In this document: in pieces, positions 48,812 to 62,070 of the stretch
Layout: every line of letters begins with the position of its first letter
Position numbering within the stretch: the first letter of the stretch is position 1
Origin: Spirochaetia bacterium
GTDB taxonomy: Bacteria; Spirochaetota; Spirochaetia; SZUA-6; Bin103
Assembly (NCBI GenBank): GCA_965208575.1
Contig: CBDBOV010000006.1
Location: 1,120,001-1,184,000 of the forward strand
Direction: 5' to 3'
Length of the DNA: 64,000 nucleotides
Notes under the pieces: generated by a model
The model's input: the letters and a program-made list of their open reading frames with translations, nothing else
What the model was told of the DNA's origin: nothing
The model's database searches: none
Position numbers and translations under genes: made by a program

Positions 48812-49834
48812 TCAGGCCATCCGGGCGCGCCGCAGACCCTCCCGAAACCCGACCATCTGCCGGCTGGTCTCGTCGTAGAGCCGCATCGACAGGCAGCGCA
48901 GCGTACCGCGGATGCGCAGCATCGGCACGGCGTGCAGGGCCGGCTGCTCACGGTGGGCGCGCTCGAGATGGTAATTGGGAATGGTCGGGTCGAGGTGGTG
49001 GACATGGTGAAAGCCGATGTTGCCGGTGAACCACTGCAGCACGCGCGGCAGCGCCAGGTAGGAGGAGCCGTGCAACGCGGCGCTGACGAAGTCCCAGCGC
49101 TCGTTGCGGCGCCAGTAGACGCCTTCAAACTGGTGCTGAACGTAGAACAGCCACGTGCCCACCGCCGAGGCGAGCACGAACACGGGGGTGAACACCACCA
49201 GGAAGTTGACGAAGCCGAACGGCAGCGACATCGCCACCACGAACAGGCCGGTGCCCACGTTGGTCCAGATGATGGCGCGCAGCGAACGGGCGCCCACCCG
49301 CTTGCGCGGAAAGCGGTGGTTCAACAGGAACCCGACCGGCGCGACGAGAAAGAACAGCACGAACGGATTGCGGAACACCCGGTACGCCAACCGCAGCCGG
49401 CGCGGCGCGGCGACGAACTCGCGTACGGTCATGGTCCACACGTCGCCGAGGTCGCGGCGGTCGAGGTCGCCGGCGGTGGCGTGGTGGCGGGCATGTTCGT
49501 GCGACCAGTGCCGGAACGGCGTAAAGGTCAGGAACCCGGCGAGGTAGCCGATCACGCGATTCCAGCGGCTGCGGCGGAACAGCGACCCGTGGCCGGCGTC
49601 GTGAAAGATGATGAACACGCGAATCAAAAACCCGGCCGTGGGCAGGGCGAGGAGCAGACTGAGCAGGTAGGAAACCTGCGCCAGCGCCCCCATGAGGATC
49701 AGTCCGCCGACGTAGGGAACGAACGACGTGACGATCTGGCCGATGCTGCGACCGGCGGACGGGGTACGGTATTGCCTGAGCGCGCGCTGCAGTGCGCGGG
49801 ACTCGATCGACGGAGTATTCGCTCCTTGACTCAC
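48812..49834 (-). CDS. Membrane fatty acid desaturase (Bacillus Des-like)
   Basis: His boxes HDAGH, HARHH and HHVHH; FYVQHQFE. Confidence 0.92.
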   Translation of the reverse strand: MSQGANTPSIESRALQRALRQYRTPSAGRSIGQIVTSFVPYVGGLILMGALAQVSYLLSLLLALPTAGFLIRVFIIFHDAGHGSLFRRSRWNRVIGYLAGFLTFTPFRHWSHEHARHHATAGDLDRRDLGDVWTMTVREFVAAPRRLRLAYRVFRNPFVLFFLVAPVGFLLNHRFPRKRVGARSLRAIIWTNVGTGLFVVAMSLPFGFVNFLVVFTPVFVLASAVGTWLFYVQHQFEGVYWRRNERWDFVSAALHGSSYLALPRVLQWFTGNIGFHHVHHLDPTIPNYHLERAHREQPALHAVPMLRIRGTLRCLSMRLYDETSRQMVGFREGLRRARMA

Positions 49835-49990
49835 GGACGTGCTCTCCCTCCGGGAACCTGGTGCCTGTTTCGTTGCCGCATTGCGCCGAGGTCGGTGAGG
49901 TCCGTCAGCGAATTGGGTATGCCGACAGCATCGCGCGGTGGCGGCTTCTGGTCAAGGGTCTGCGCGAAGCCGCGTAGCCGCGTAGCCGAA

Positions 49991-50020
49991 TTGACCGCGG
50001 CGGGGCGCCGGCCATAGATT
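49991..50020 (+). promoter_or_regulatory. Putative sigma70 promoter of the ABC operon
   Basis: TTGACC-N18-TAGATT, 11 nt before the ATG. Confidence 0.55.
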
Positions 50021-50031
50021 GTGCGCCCTCC

Positions 50032-51033
50032 ATGAGCCAGCCATTGATCGATGTTGCCGGACTGACCAAGAGGTTTCGCGTCGCGGCCGGCGATGGCGGC
50101 TCGACGGGAGGCGCCCGCGGGCTGCGTTCCCTGGTAGCGCGGCGCAAGGTGGTCACGGCGCTCGACGGCGTCTCGTTCCGCATCGGCGCCGGCGAACTGG
50201 TCGGCTACATCGGCCCCAACGGCGCCGGCAAGAGCACCACCGTCAAGATCCTGTCCGGCATCCTGGTGCCGGACGCCGGCCGCTGCGTGGTGGCGGGGCG
50301 CGTGCCGTGGCGCGAGCGCGTGGCGCACGTGGCCGGGATCGGGGTGGTGTTCGGCCAGCGCAGCCAGCTCTGGTGGGACCTGCCGGTCATCGAGTCGTTC
50401 GACCTGCTGCGCGACATCTACCGGCTGCAGCCTGCCGCCTACCGCGAGACCCGCGACGAGCTGGTGGAGCTGCTGGCCATCGCGCCGCTGCTGACGGTGC
50501 CGGTGCGGCAGCTCAGCCTGGGCCAGCGCATGCGCTGCGAGCTGGCCGCCGCCCTGCTGCACCGCCCGCGGCTGCTGTTCCTGGACGAGCCCACGATCGG
50601 CCTGGACGCGGTGGCCAAGCTGGCGGTGCGCGACATCATCCGCCGCCTGCACCGGCGCGGCGTCACCACCATTCTCACCACCCACGACCTGGACGACGTG
50701 GAGGCGCTGTGCCCGCGCGTGCTGGTGATCGGCGCCGGCGCGATCCTGTTCGACGGCTCGGTGGCCGACCTGCGCGCCGGCGTCGACCGCGAGCGCATTC
50801 TGACCGTGGACCTAGAGCACGAGGTGGGCAGCTTCACTACCGCGTCGGCCACGGTGGTGTCCGCCGCGGGACGCCGCGTGGTGCTGCGCTACGACCCGGC
50901 GCACATACCGACGCCGCGCATCATAGCGGAGGTGGCGCGCGACAACGACGTGCGCGACCTGTACATCGAGCCGCAGCCGATCGACGAGCTGGTGGCGCGG
51001 CTGTACCGCGGCCTGGAACTGGAGGAAGCGTGA
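50032..51033 (+). CDS. ABC exporter ATP-binding subunit
   Basis: GPNGAGKST, LSLGQ, LDEPT and TTHD. Confidence 0.95.
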   Translation: MSQPLIDVAGLTKRFRVAAGDGGSTGGARGLRSLVARRKVVTALDGVSFRIGAGELVGYIGPNGAGKSTTVKILSGILVPDAGRCVVAGRVPWRERVAHVAGIGVVFGQRSQLWWDLPVIESFDLLRDIYRLQPAAYRETRDELVELLAIAPLLTVPVRQLSLGQRMRCELAAALLHRPRLLFLDEPTIGLDAVAKLAVRDIIRRLHRRGVTTILTTHDLDDVEALCPRVLVIGAGAILFDGSVADLRAGVDRERILTVDLEHEVGSFTTASATVVSAAGRRVVLRYDPAHIPTPRIIAEVARDNDVRDLYIEPQPIDELVARLYRGLELEEA

Positions 51034-51866
51034 CGCTGTCGGCGCGGCTGGCGCCCTACCGCGGCGTGCTGCGGGCGCGCTGGCGCGAGACGCTGCAGTA
51101 CCGGCTGGCGGCGCTGGCCGGGTTCGGCACCCAGTGCTACTGGGGGCTGCTGCGGCTGATGATCCTGGCCGCGTTCTACCAGTCGGGCCCGGCGGACGCC
51201 TCCGACTTCAGCTTCGCGCACGCGGTGCCGTACGTGTGGCTGGGGCAGGCCCTGCTGTCGCTGTTTCCGTTTCGGCTCGACAACGAATTGGCCGACAGCG
51301 TGCGCACCGGCAGCGTGGCCGGCGAGCTGCTGCGCCCGATCGACCTGTACTCCTACTGGTTCTGGCGCATGACCGCGTGGCGGCTGGCGCAGGCGGCGCC
51401 GCGCTGCCTGCTGATGCTGGTGGTGGCGGTCGCCGTGCTGCCGCTGGTGGGGCTGGACGAGTGGGCCCTGACCGCGCCGGCGGGCGCGTCCGCGGCCGGC
51501 CTCTACCTGGCCGCCACCGTGCTGGCGCTGCTGCTCGGGGTGGCGGTGACCGCGGTGCTGATCAGCCTGATGTTCTGGACCGTCTCGTCGGAGGGCGCCC
51601 GCTACGTCCTGCCGGCGGTGGTCTGGTTCGGCGGCGGCCTGGTGATCCCGCTGCCGCTGCTGCCGGACGGCCTGTCCGCCGTGCTCGGCTACCTGCCGTT
51701 CGCCGGCCTGATGGACATTCCGTTCCGCATCTACGTCGGGCACCTGGCCGGCGCCGAGGCGCTGGCCCGGCTCGGCCTGCAACTGGGCTGGCTGGTGGCG
51801 CTGGTGCTGCTGGGCCGGCTGCTGCTGGCGCGCGGCCTGCGCCGGGTGGTGATCCTTGGCGGCTGA
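51030..51866 (+). CDS. ABC-2 family permease
   Basis: GTGA overlap with the ATPase stop; about six TM helices; ELLRPIDLY; ends VILGG. Confidence 0.88.
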   Translation: MTLSARLAPYRGVLRARWRETLQYRLAALAGFGTQCYWGLLRLMILAAFYQSGPADASDFSFAHAVPYVWLGQALLSLFPFRLDNELADSVRTGSVAGELLRPIDLYSYWFWRMTAWRLAQAAPRCLLMLVVAVAVLPLVGLDEWALTAPAGASAAGLYLAATVLALLLGVAVTAVLISLMFWTVSSEGARYVLPAVVWFGGGLVIPLPLLPDGLSAVLGYLPFAGLMDIPFRIYVGHLAGAEALARLGLQLGWLVALVLLGRLLLARGLRRVVILGG

Positions 51867-52695
51867 CGGCGCGCGGTGGAACGCGGCGTTGGCGGGCGGC
51901 GCGGTGCGGCTCTACCTGCGCTTCGTGGCTACCCACTTCCGCGCGCAGATGCAGTATCCGGGCGCGCTCGCCCTGCAGATGCTCGGCAGCATGCTGTTCA
52001 CCGCCATCGAGTTCGTCGGGGTGTGGGCGCTGCTGGACCGGTTCGGCAACGTGCGCGGCTGGGAGCTGGCCGAGGTGGCGGTGCTGTACGGGATGGTGAT
52101 GGTCGGCTTCGCCACCGCCGAGGCCACCGGCCGCGGGTTCGATACGTTCCACCGGCTGGTGCGCGGCGGCGACTTCGACCGCGTGCTGCTGCGGCCGCGG
52201 CACACGGTGCTGCAGGTGGCGGGCGCCGAGTTCGCCTTTCATCGCGCGGGCCGCTGGCTGCAGGGCGCGGCCATTCTCACCTGGGGGCTGGCCGGCGCCG
52301 GCATCGCCTGGAGCCCGGCGCGCGTGCTGCTGCTCGCGGAAACCTTCGCCGGCGTTACCGTGCTGTTCCTGGGGGTGTTCGTGGCCACCGCCGCGGTCAC
52401 CTTCTGGACCGTGCAGTCGCTGGAGCTGCTGGCCATCGTCAGCAACGGATCGGTGGACGCCGCCAGCTACCCCGCCACCGTGTACCGCCGTTTCATGCGC
52501 CGCTTCCTGTTCTTTATCGTGCCGATCGGCACCGTCACCTACTTCCCGGTGGCGGCGCTGCTCGGGCGGCCCGACCCGCTCGGCACGCCGGCGTGGTTCG
52601 GCTGGGCCGCGCCCGCCGCCGCTCCCCTGTTCCTGGCCGCCGCCCTGTTCCTCTGGCGCCTCGGCGTCCGTCACTACAACTCTACGGGAAGTTGA
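51856..52695 (+). CDS. ABC-2 family permease (second)
   Basis: QMQYP, GDFDRVLLRP and C-terminal HYNSTGS. Confidence 0.88.
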   Translation: MAADGARWNAALAGGAVRLYLRFVATHFRAQMQYPGALALQMLGSMLFTAIEFVGVWALLDRFGNVRGWELAEVAVLYGMVMVGFATAEATGRGFDTFHRLVRGGDFDRVLLRPRHTVLQVAGAEFAFHRAGRWLQGAAILTWGLAGAGIAWSPARVLLLAETFAGVTVLFLGVFVATAAVTFWTVQSLELLAIVSNGSVDAASYPATVYRRFMRRFLFFIVPIGTVTYFPVAALLGRPDPLGTPAWFGWAAPAAAPLFLAAALFLWRLGVRHYNSTGS

Positions 52696-52749
52696 GCCCG
52701 CGGCACGGATATGTTCCTCCACACCGTCGGCTCCTTCCGTCGCGGTTAT

Positions 52750-52783
52750 GGCGGCTCGCCTCTATAACTCTACGGGAATTTGA
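52750..52783 (+). repeat. Degenerate duplicate of the permease 3' end
   Basis: CTATAACTCTACGGGAATTTGA (52762-52783) matches CTACAACTCTACGGGAAGTTGA (52674-52695) at 20/22, and is preceded by LWRL codons. Confidence 0.75.
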
Positions 52784-52815
52784 CCGACGGCGGTCGCCTG
52801 CGCCGCGGAAAAAGA

Positions 52816-52832
52816 TTGGACAGATTGTCCAA
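52816..52832. promoter_or_regulatory. Inverted repeat, operator-like site
   Basis: TTGGACA-GAT-TGTCCAA; the half-site ATTGTCCA recurs at 52854. Confidence 0.55.
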
Positions 52833-52880
52833 AAATGTGCGGGCGGGCGGTACATTGTCCACAGACGGGCTCGTGACGGC

Positions 52881-53126
52881 ATGGCAGACAGCCTGCCCGA
52901 CATGTCGACTGAAGCGGAGGTGGTAGTGATGGATACCCCGGATGAAGTCACCATGGAGCAACTGCGAGCGCGCCTGATGGAGAGCCAGGTGGCGATCATC
53001 GAAGCCCTGCGCCGGGCCAACGTGTCGTGGACGATCATCGAACGCGCCACCGGCATCGACGAGATCTCCTTCAACCTGCTGAAACAGAGCCTCACTGCCG
53101 CGGACGACGGCGCCGAAGCGGTGTGA
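52881..53126 (+). CDS. Small acidic protein resembling the C-terminal tail of Rpn/YhgA-like proteins
   Basis: 81-aa ORF containing IIEALRRANVSWTIIERATGID; the family assignment is from recalled similarity, not a search. Confidence 0.5.
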   Translation: MADSLPDMSTEAEVVVMDTPDEVTMEQLRARLMESQVAIIEALRRANVSWTIIERATGIDEISFNLLKQSLTAADDGAEAV

Positions 53127-53143
53127 TGCAGCCGACCGTCCCC

Positions 53144-53240
53144 ACCGGATTGCAGGAGCCGGCAGGATCGGCCACCATGCGGTTCTACCAGACGGCGGAA
53201 GCGCAGGACGGCCGCGGCTCGTTTCGTCGAGCAGCGCAGG
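53144..53240 (+). pseudogene. Degenerate ~97-bp copy of the menB 3' region
   Basis: Aligns to 55087-55182 with about 10 substitutions and a 1-nt insertion. Confidence 0.85.
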
Positions 53241-53309
53241 ATCGCTGGAACCTGGGTGCAATAAACAGGGCGGCGATCATCGCCGGCGACGGCGGGCGCG
53301 GGCGCGGGC

Positions 53310-54209
53310 ATGCAACCCGGCGTTAGCGAGGTGCCGCCGCCTGCCGGTCCGCCGCTGTTGTTCGTGCACGGCTTCCTGGGAGAGGCGGCGGACTGGGACG
53401 CGCTGCGCGCGCTGCTTGGCACGGACGTTGCCGCCGCCTGCTTCGAGCTTCCGGGGCACGGCGCGGCGCCGCCGGTCATCGGGGCTGCCTCGGAGCGGTC
53501 CGCGGAGGCGGCGCACCGACTCCGGCGGCCGCCTGCCGGCCTGGCGGAACCGATGGCAGCCGCGGGCTGGTTTCCGGCCGCGGCGCGGCGGCTGGAGCGG
53601 GCGTGCGCCCGGTTGCCGGCGCCGCCGGTGCTGGTCGGCTACTCCATGGGCGGGCGTCTGGCCCTGTATGCGGCGGTGCGCCGCCCGGGCGTCGCCCGCG
53701 CGCTGGTGCTGCTCGGCGCCGACCCCGGCATCGCCGAACCCGCGGCGCGTGCCGAACGCCGCGCCCGCGACGACGCGCTGGCGCGCGAGTTGGCCGCGGC
53801 CGCTAACGAGCAGGCGTTCGCGGCGTGGCTGCGGCGCTGGTACGCGGCGCCGCTGTTCGGCCGCCTGAACCGCCACCCGGCGTTCGAGTCACTGCTGCGG
53901 CGCCGGCTGCGGCAACGCCCGGGGACGCTGGCGGCGGCGCTGCGCGGGCTGTCCGTGTCCCGCCAACCGGCGCTGTGGAACGCGCTGCAGGCGCTGCCGG
54001 TCCCGGCGCTGTTCATCGCCGGCGCCGAGGATGCCAGGTACCGCGCCGTGGCCGCCCGCATCGCCGCGCTCGGCCCGCCGCGGCAGGCCGCCGTGTGCCC
54101 CGGCGCCGCCCATGCGGTGCACGTCGAGCAGCCCGAGGCGCTCGCCGGCCTGCTCCGCTCGTTCGCGCGGTCCGTCGCGGCGGGCGCCGTGGACCCGCCG
54201 GTGGACTGA
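53310..54209 (+). CDS. menH: SHCHC synthase, alpha/beta hydrolase
   Basis: HGFLG, GYSMGG, WYAAPLF and AAHAVH; adjacent to menB. Confidence 0.8.
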   Translation: MQPGVSEVPPPAGPPLLFVHGFLGEAADWDALRALLGTDVAAACFELPGHGAAPPVIGAASERSAEAAHRLRRPPAGLAEPMAAAGWFPAAARRLERACARLPAPPVLVGYSMGGRLALYAAVRRPGVARALVLLGADPGIAEPAARAERRARDDALARELAAAANEQAFAAWLRRWYAAPLFGRLNRHPAFESLLRRRLRQRPGTLAAALRGLSVSRQPALWNALQALPVPALFIAGAEDARYRAVAARIAALGPPRQAAVCPGAAHAVHVEQPEALAGLLRSFARSVAAGAVDPPVD

Positions 54210-54393
54210 CGCGCTCGCCTTGCACCGCGCAACGCGAGCCGCACCGCCAGACTTCGCCCGCGACCGCGCGCGGCCGATTCGCCCCGGCGCCCCGGCGCGT
54301 GGGCTGCGCGCCGTGTCGCACGGCCGCGATTGCCACGGCCACGGCGGCAGCGGCACATTGCCCGCGACCAATCCCGACCCGCAAGGAGCACCC

Positions 54394-55215
54394 ATGAACG
54401 ACATCGACTGGACCGCGTGCGGCGACTACCAGGACATCCTGTACGCCAAGACGGAGGGGATCGCCAAGATCACCATCAACCGGCCGCACCGGCGCAACGC
54501 CTTCACTCCGCTCACCGTCGAGGAAATGATGCACGCCCTCGACGACGCCCGCCGCGACCACGAGGTGGGCGTGGTCATCCTCACCGGCCGCGGCGAGCTG
54601 GCGTTCTGCTCGGGCGGCGACCAGAAGATCCGCGGCGATGCCGGCTACCGCGACACCGGCGGCGACGACCGCCTCAACGTGCTGGAGTTCCAGCGCCAGA
54701 TACGCACCTGCCCGAAGCCGATCGTGGCGATGGTGGCCGGCTACGCCATCGGCGGCGGCCACGTGCTGCACGTGATGTGCGACCTCACCATCGCCGCCGA
54801 CAACGCCATCTTCGGCCAGACCGGACCCAAGGTCGGCTCGTTCGACGGCGGCTACGGCTCCGCCTACCTGGCGCGCATCGTGGGGCAGAAGAAAGCGCGC
54901 GAGATCTGGTTCCTGTGCCGCCAGTACGACGCGCAGCAGGCGTTGCAGATGGGCCTGGTGAACGCGGTGGTGCCGCTGGCCGAGCTGGAGCGCGAGACGG
55001 TGCGGTGGTGCCGCGACATGCTGGTGCACTCGCCCACCGCGCTGCGCTGCCTGAAGGCGGCCATGAACGCCGACTGCGACGGCCAGGCCGGTCTGCAGGA
55101 GCTGGCCGGATCGGCCACCATGCTGTTCTACCAGACGGCGGAAGCGCAGGAGGGCCGCGACTCGTTCGTCGAAAAGCGCAGGCCCGACTTCAGCAAGTTC
55201 CCCCGCCACTTCTGA
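54394..55215 (+). CDS. menB: 1,4-dihydroxy-2-naphthoyl-CoA synthase
   Basis: [22 protein letters not shown] and [13 protein letters not shown]; AAGGAG RBS. Confidence 0.97.
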   Translation: MNDIDWTACGDYQDILYAKTEGIAKITINRPHRRNAFTPLTVEEMMHALDDARRDHEVGVVILTGRGELAFCSGGDQKIRGDAGYRDTGGDDRLNVLEFQRQIRTCPKPIVAMVAGYAIGGGHVLHVMCDLTIAADNAIFGQTGPKVGSFDGGYGSAYLARIVGQKKAREIWFLCRQYDAQQALQMGLVNAVVPLAELERETVRWCRDMLVHSPTALRCLKAAMNADCDGQAGLQELAGSATMLFYQTAEAQEGRDSFVEKRRPDFSKFPRHF

Positions 55216-55330
55216 GGGTTGCCGCCTCGCGCCGGCGATAGCCGGCAGGTGCGGCGTGCGTTTGTAGCCGACAGCGGGAGAATGCCGAAACGAATAGTTA
55301 ATTTACGCGTTGCCCGCTCTTCTTACATAA

Positions 55331-55360
55331 TTGACACTCTGTGTACTATCATGATATGCT
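55331..55360 (+). promoter_or_regulatory. Sigma70 promoter with extended -10
   Basis: TTGACA-N18-TATGCT with TG upstream of the -10; ATG 55367 lies 6 nt downstream (possibly leaderless). Confidence 0.65.
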
Positions 55361-55366
55361 GGATGC

Positions 55367-56626
55367 ATGATACTTCGCTGGCGGCATCGGGCGTGCATGG
55401 TTGCAGAGTCGACACGTGCGCGCGCGGGCTCGGCTCCGGACGTGCCGCGGGCGCGCTTGTGGCGGCGACGGCGGTGCGCCGTTGCCGCGCGGGTCGGGGC
55501 CGGGTTGGGCCTGCTCCTGGCGCTCGCCGGGTGTGGCGGTACCGGCACCCCGCCGGCGGTCCCGGTGGTGACGATCGCCGCGCGGGCGGCTTCCGTGACC
55601 GCCGGCGAACCGTTGCAATTCAGCGTCCGGGCCGAACCGGCCCCGGCGGCGGACCTGACCGTCCGCGTCACGATCGCGTACGGCGGCTGCGGCGTGGCGC
55701 AGTTGTCAACGTCGGTGACGATCGGCGCCGGCGACTCGAGCACCACGCTGACGGTGCCGACGGGCGGCGCGGCGGGCTGCACGGTGAGGGCCACGATCGC
55801 GGCCGGCCAAGGCTACCGTGCCGGGAGGTCCGCCGAAGCGTCGGCGGTCACGGCCGTGACCGGTTCAACGGCACCGCCGGTGGAGCCGGTGGTGACCATC
55901 GCGGCGGATGCGCCCGAGGTGGCCGAGGGCGAGGAGGTGTCCTTCACGCTGACCGCCGTACCGGCGCCGAAATCGGCCTTGCCGGTCACCGTGAACTGGT
56001 CGGTTGACCGCGTCGTCCTGACCGAACCCGGCCCGCGGACGGTCACCATCCCGACCGGCGGGACGTTCAATCTGCGGGCGGCCACCCGCGATGACGGCGA
56101 CCACGAGCCGGACGGCGTGGTGACGGTCACCGTCTCGGACGGCAGCGGCTACGCGGTCGGCACGCCGGGCTCGGCGCGCGTGGACGTCGCCGACAACGAC
56201 GCGGGCACGAGCACCGGCACTCCTCCCGCTTCGCCAGCTCCTCGAGCGACGTGGCGGTGCCCCCCCGGCACCGGCGGCGGCTCCTCCTGCCCGTTCGTGA
56301 CGGTCCTTGCGGCCGATTCTTCGGTGACCGAGGGCGCCGTCATATCGCTCACGCTGACGGCGCAGCCGGCGCCCGCGTCGGACACCACGGTATCGCTTGA
56401 GCCGCGGTACGAACGAGCCCGAGTCGAAGCAGTTCCCACGACGGTCACGTTCGCCGCCGGCACAAGCACGGTTGCGATCACGGTCAACACCATCGACAAC
56501 ATGGTCACCGACGGCGGAAGCTTCCTCCGAGTCGTCCTCAATCGGCGCGCCGCCTCCGACAGCAACGCCTACGGGCTTGGCTCCGACAGCCCCATCGCGC
56601 ACGTCACGATCGCAGACAACGACTGA
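55367..56626 (+). CDS. Lipoprotein with three Calx-beta-like domains (paralog of 11957-13168)
   Basis: Lipobox LALAGC; VAEGEEVSF, GSGYAVG and ADND. Confidence 0.8.
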   Translation: MILRWRHRACMVAESTRARAGSAPDVPRARLWRRRRCAVAARVGAGLGLLLALAGCGGTGTPPAVPVVTIAARAASVTAGEPLQFSVRAEPAPAADLTVRVTIAYGGCGVAQLSTSVTIGAGDSSTTLTVPTGGAAGCTVRATIAAGQGYRAGRSAEASAVTAVTGSTAPPVEPVVTIAADAPEVAEGEEVSFTLTAVPAPKSALPVTVNWSVDRVVLTEPGPRTVTIPTGGTFNLRAATRDDGDHEPDGVVTVTVSDGSGYAVGTPGSARVDVADNDAGTSTGTPPASPAPRATWRCPPGTGGGSSCPFVTVLAADSSVTEGAVISLTLTAQPAPASDTTVSLEPRYERARVEAVPTTVTFAAGTSTVAITVNTIDNMVTDGGSFLRVVLNRRAASDSNAYGLGSDSPIAHVTIADND

Positions 56627-56628
56627 TC

Positions 56629-56657
56629 GACCGTCGCCCTTCGGCGGGCGACCGGTC
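56629..56657. terminator. GC-rich hairpin between convergent genes
   Basis: GTCGCCC-TTCGGC-GGGCGAC stem-loop; no U-tract. Confidence 0.4.
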
Positions 56658-56735
56658 CGGCTCGGGCACTCGCCGGTCGAGCCGCGGCAGGCCGACGGCA
56701 GCCGGACGGCTCCCCGCACGCGGATGCGGCGCCGG

Positions 56736-60089
<3,354 letters not shown>

Positions 60090-60098
60090 AGTGGGCCG

Positions 60099-60128
60099 AA
60101 CCTATCGCCGCGTCCGCCGCCGGGTCAA
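60099..60128 (-). promoter_or_regulatory. Sigma70 promoter of ileS, near-leaderless
   Basis: TTGACC-N18-TAGGTT, 9 nt before the ATG, with no SD. Confidence 0.6.
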
Positions 60129-60184
60129 GGCGACCGGGCGTTGGCGGCGCTGGTGCTGGCGCCGCCGGCGGACGGCACAGGGGG

Positions 60185-60931
60185 TCAGGCGGCGTCGGAG
60201 GGGGTGAGCGGGCGCAGCCAGATGTTGCGGAAGCGAGTCGGGTTGCGGTGATCCTGCAGGCGCAGCGGCCCGGCCGGCGGGTGCGGCGCGTCGTAGGTGG
60301 CGAGGATGCGGTGGCCGGTCGGCCCAAGCGCCTCCCGCCGGTGGTGGATCAGCACGCCGTTGAGAACAATCGTCAGGAAGGCGGGGCTGACCAGGCGTCC
60401 GCCGTCGAAGCGCGCCGACTCGAACACGATGTCGTAGCTCTGCCACTCGCCGGGCCGGCGGCAGGCGTTGACCAGCGGCGGGTACTGGCCGTAGAGGGCG
60501 CCGGTGTGGCCGTCGGCGTAGGTGCGGTTGTCGTAGCTGTCGAGCACCTGCACCTCGTACAGGCCGAGCAGGAACAGGCCGCTGTTGCCGCGCCCCTGGC
60601 TGCTGCCCTCCACCTTGGCCGGACAGGCGAACTCCAGGTGGAGCTGGCAGTCGCCGAAGTGCTCGCGGGTCTCGATGTCGCCGGTGCCGGACACCACCTC
60701 GATGAAGCCGTCGCGCACCTGCCAGCCGGCCGCGCCGCCGTCCTTGCCCTGCCACTGCTCCAGGCCGCTGCCGTCGAACAGCACCACGGCATCGGCGGGG
60801 GGCGCGCCGGGTGCCGCGCCGGGAGTCACTACCCGCGGTTGCGGGCGGTTCGCGTCGTGCACGCGCCACCGGCCGCCGGGCAGGAACGGGGTGTCGTCGT
60901 AGCCGAGCACCGGCTGTTTCTGATTTGCCAT
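60185..60931 (-). CDS. DUF1080 (3-keto-disaccharide hydrolase-like) protein
   Basis: PPADAVVLFDG, GNSGLFL, YEVQVLDS, GEWQSYDI and LQDH..PTRFRNIW. Confidence 0.9.
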   Translation of the reverse strand: MANQKQPVLGYDDTPFLPGGRWRVHDANRPQPRVVTPGAAPGAPPADAVVLFDGSGLEQWQGKDGGAAGWQVRDGFIEVVSGTGDIETREHFGDCQLHLEFACPAKVEGSSQGRGNSGLFLLGLYEVQVLDSYDNRTYADGHTGALYGQYPPLVNACRRPGEWQSYDIVFESARFDGGRLVSPAFLTIVLNGVLIHHRREALGPTGHRILATYDAPHPPAGPLRLQDHRNPTRFRNIWLRPLTPSDAA

Positions 60932-60958
60932 TACGGACTCCTTCGTTATCGGAAGCTG

Positions 60959-61987
60959 TTACCGGAAGCTGCTCATGTCCACCATGGCGCGGGTCTGCGG
61001 GTTCAGCAGCGGCTCGCCGCCGAACAGGCGCACCACCTCGTCGAGCACCCAGCGCAACTGGTAGCGGCCCGAACCCTCGATCGAGCCGGCCACGTGCGGC
61101 GACAGGGTCAGGTGCGGGCAGCCGAACAGCGATGAATCGGCGGGCGGCGGCTCCGGGTCGGTGACGTCGATGAACGCCCAGATGCGGCGCCGGTGCAGCT
61201 CGGCGACCAGCGCCTGCTGGTCGACCAGCGGCCCGCGCGAGGTGTTGATGAAGATCGCCCCGTCGCGCAGCAGGGCCAGCCGTTCGGCGTTCACCAGGTG
61301 GCGCGTCTGGTCGTTGTTGGGGGCGTGCACGCTGACCACGTCCGACTCGGCGAACAGCGCCTCCAGCTCGCGCTTCTCGGCGCCGAGCGCGGCCGCCTGC
61401 TGCGCGCTGACGAACGGGTCGGCGAGCAGCAGGCGCACCTGGTAGTGGGCGAGCAGCGCCAGCACGCGGCGCCCCACCTCGCCGGCGCCGATGATGCCGA
61501 CAGTGATGCCGCGCACGTCGGATGAGGGCCGGTGCAACTGCACGTCGCGCCACCTGCCCTGCGCGGTCTGCGGCGCCAGCTCCATCAGCGAACGGCGCCC
61601 GATCACGACCAGCGCCGCCGTGTACTGCGCCACCTCCTCGGCGATGGCGCCGGCGGCGCTGACCACCGCGATGTCGCGCTCCCACACGGCCGGCGTCAGG
61701 TATGGGCGCAGGGTGCCGGCGGCGTGCGCGATGATGCGCAGGCCGGGGGCGGCGGCAAGCAACTCGGCGCTGATCGGCGGCGAGCCCCAGCAGGTAACGC
61801 AGCCATCGGCGCCGGCCAGCAGCTCGGCAGCCATGGCGGCGTCCACCGCGTTGCGCGCCTCGGAGGCGCGCGCGGCCGCCGGCGGGTGGCGAAACCGCAG
61901 GCGCTCCTCGTAGCGGGCGAACTCGTCCGGGATCATGACCCGCGAGTTGGTGTTGAGCACCGCAATGAGCGGCCGTTTAGTAGCCAT
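60959..61987 (-). CDS. D-isomer-specific 2-hydroxyacid dehydrogenase
   Basis: GAGEVG, INTSRG, DVTDPEP and SPHVAG. Confidence 0.92.
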   Translation of the reverse strand: MATKRPLIAVLNTNSRVMIPDEFARYEERLRFRHPPAAARASEARNAVDAAMAAELLAGADGCVTCWGSPPISAELLAAAPGLRIIAHAAGTLRPYLTPAVWERDIAVVSAAGAIAEEVAQYTAALVVIGRRSLMELAPQTAQGRWRDVQLHRPSSDVRGITVGIIGAGEVGRRVLALLAHYQVRLLLADPFVSAQQAAALGAEKRELEALFAESDVVSVHAPNNDQTRHLVNAERLALLRDGAIFINTSRGPLVDQQALVAELHRRRIWAFIDVTDPEPPPADSSLFGCPHLTLSPHVAGSIEGSGRYQLRWVLDEVVRLFGGEPLLNPQTRAMVDMSSFR

Positions 61988-62008
61988 CGTTAGTTGCCGT
62001 CGCCCGGC

Positions 62009-62038
62009 AACCTACCCGCCGTCCCGGCAACGTGACAA
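62009..62038 (-). promoter_or_regulatory. Putative sigma70 promoter
   Basis: TTGTCA-N18-TAGGTT. Confidence 0.55.
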
Positions 62039-62070
62039 GGTGGCCGCCCATCGGGGGTTGCAGCGCGCTG

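Noticed and set aside
53144-55182. menB duplicate as a DGR template/variable repeat pair
   Set aside because: Mismatches are not adenine-specific and include an indel; no reverse transcriptase is in the window.
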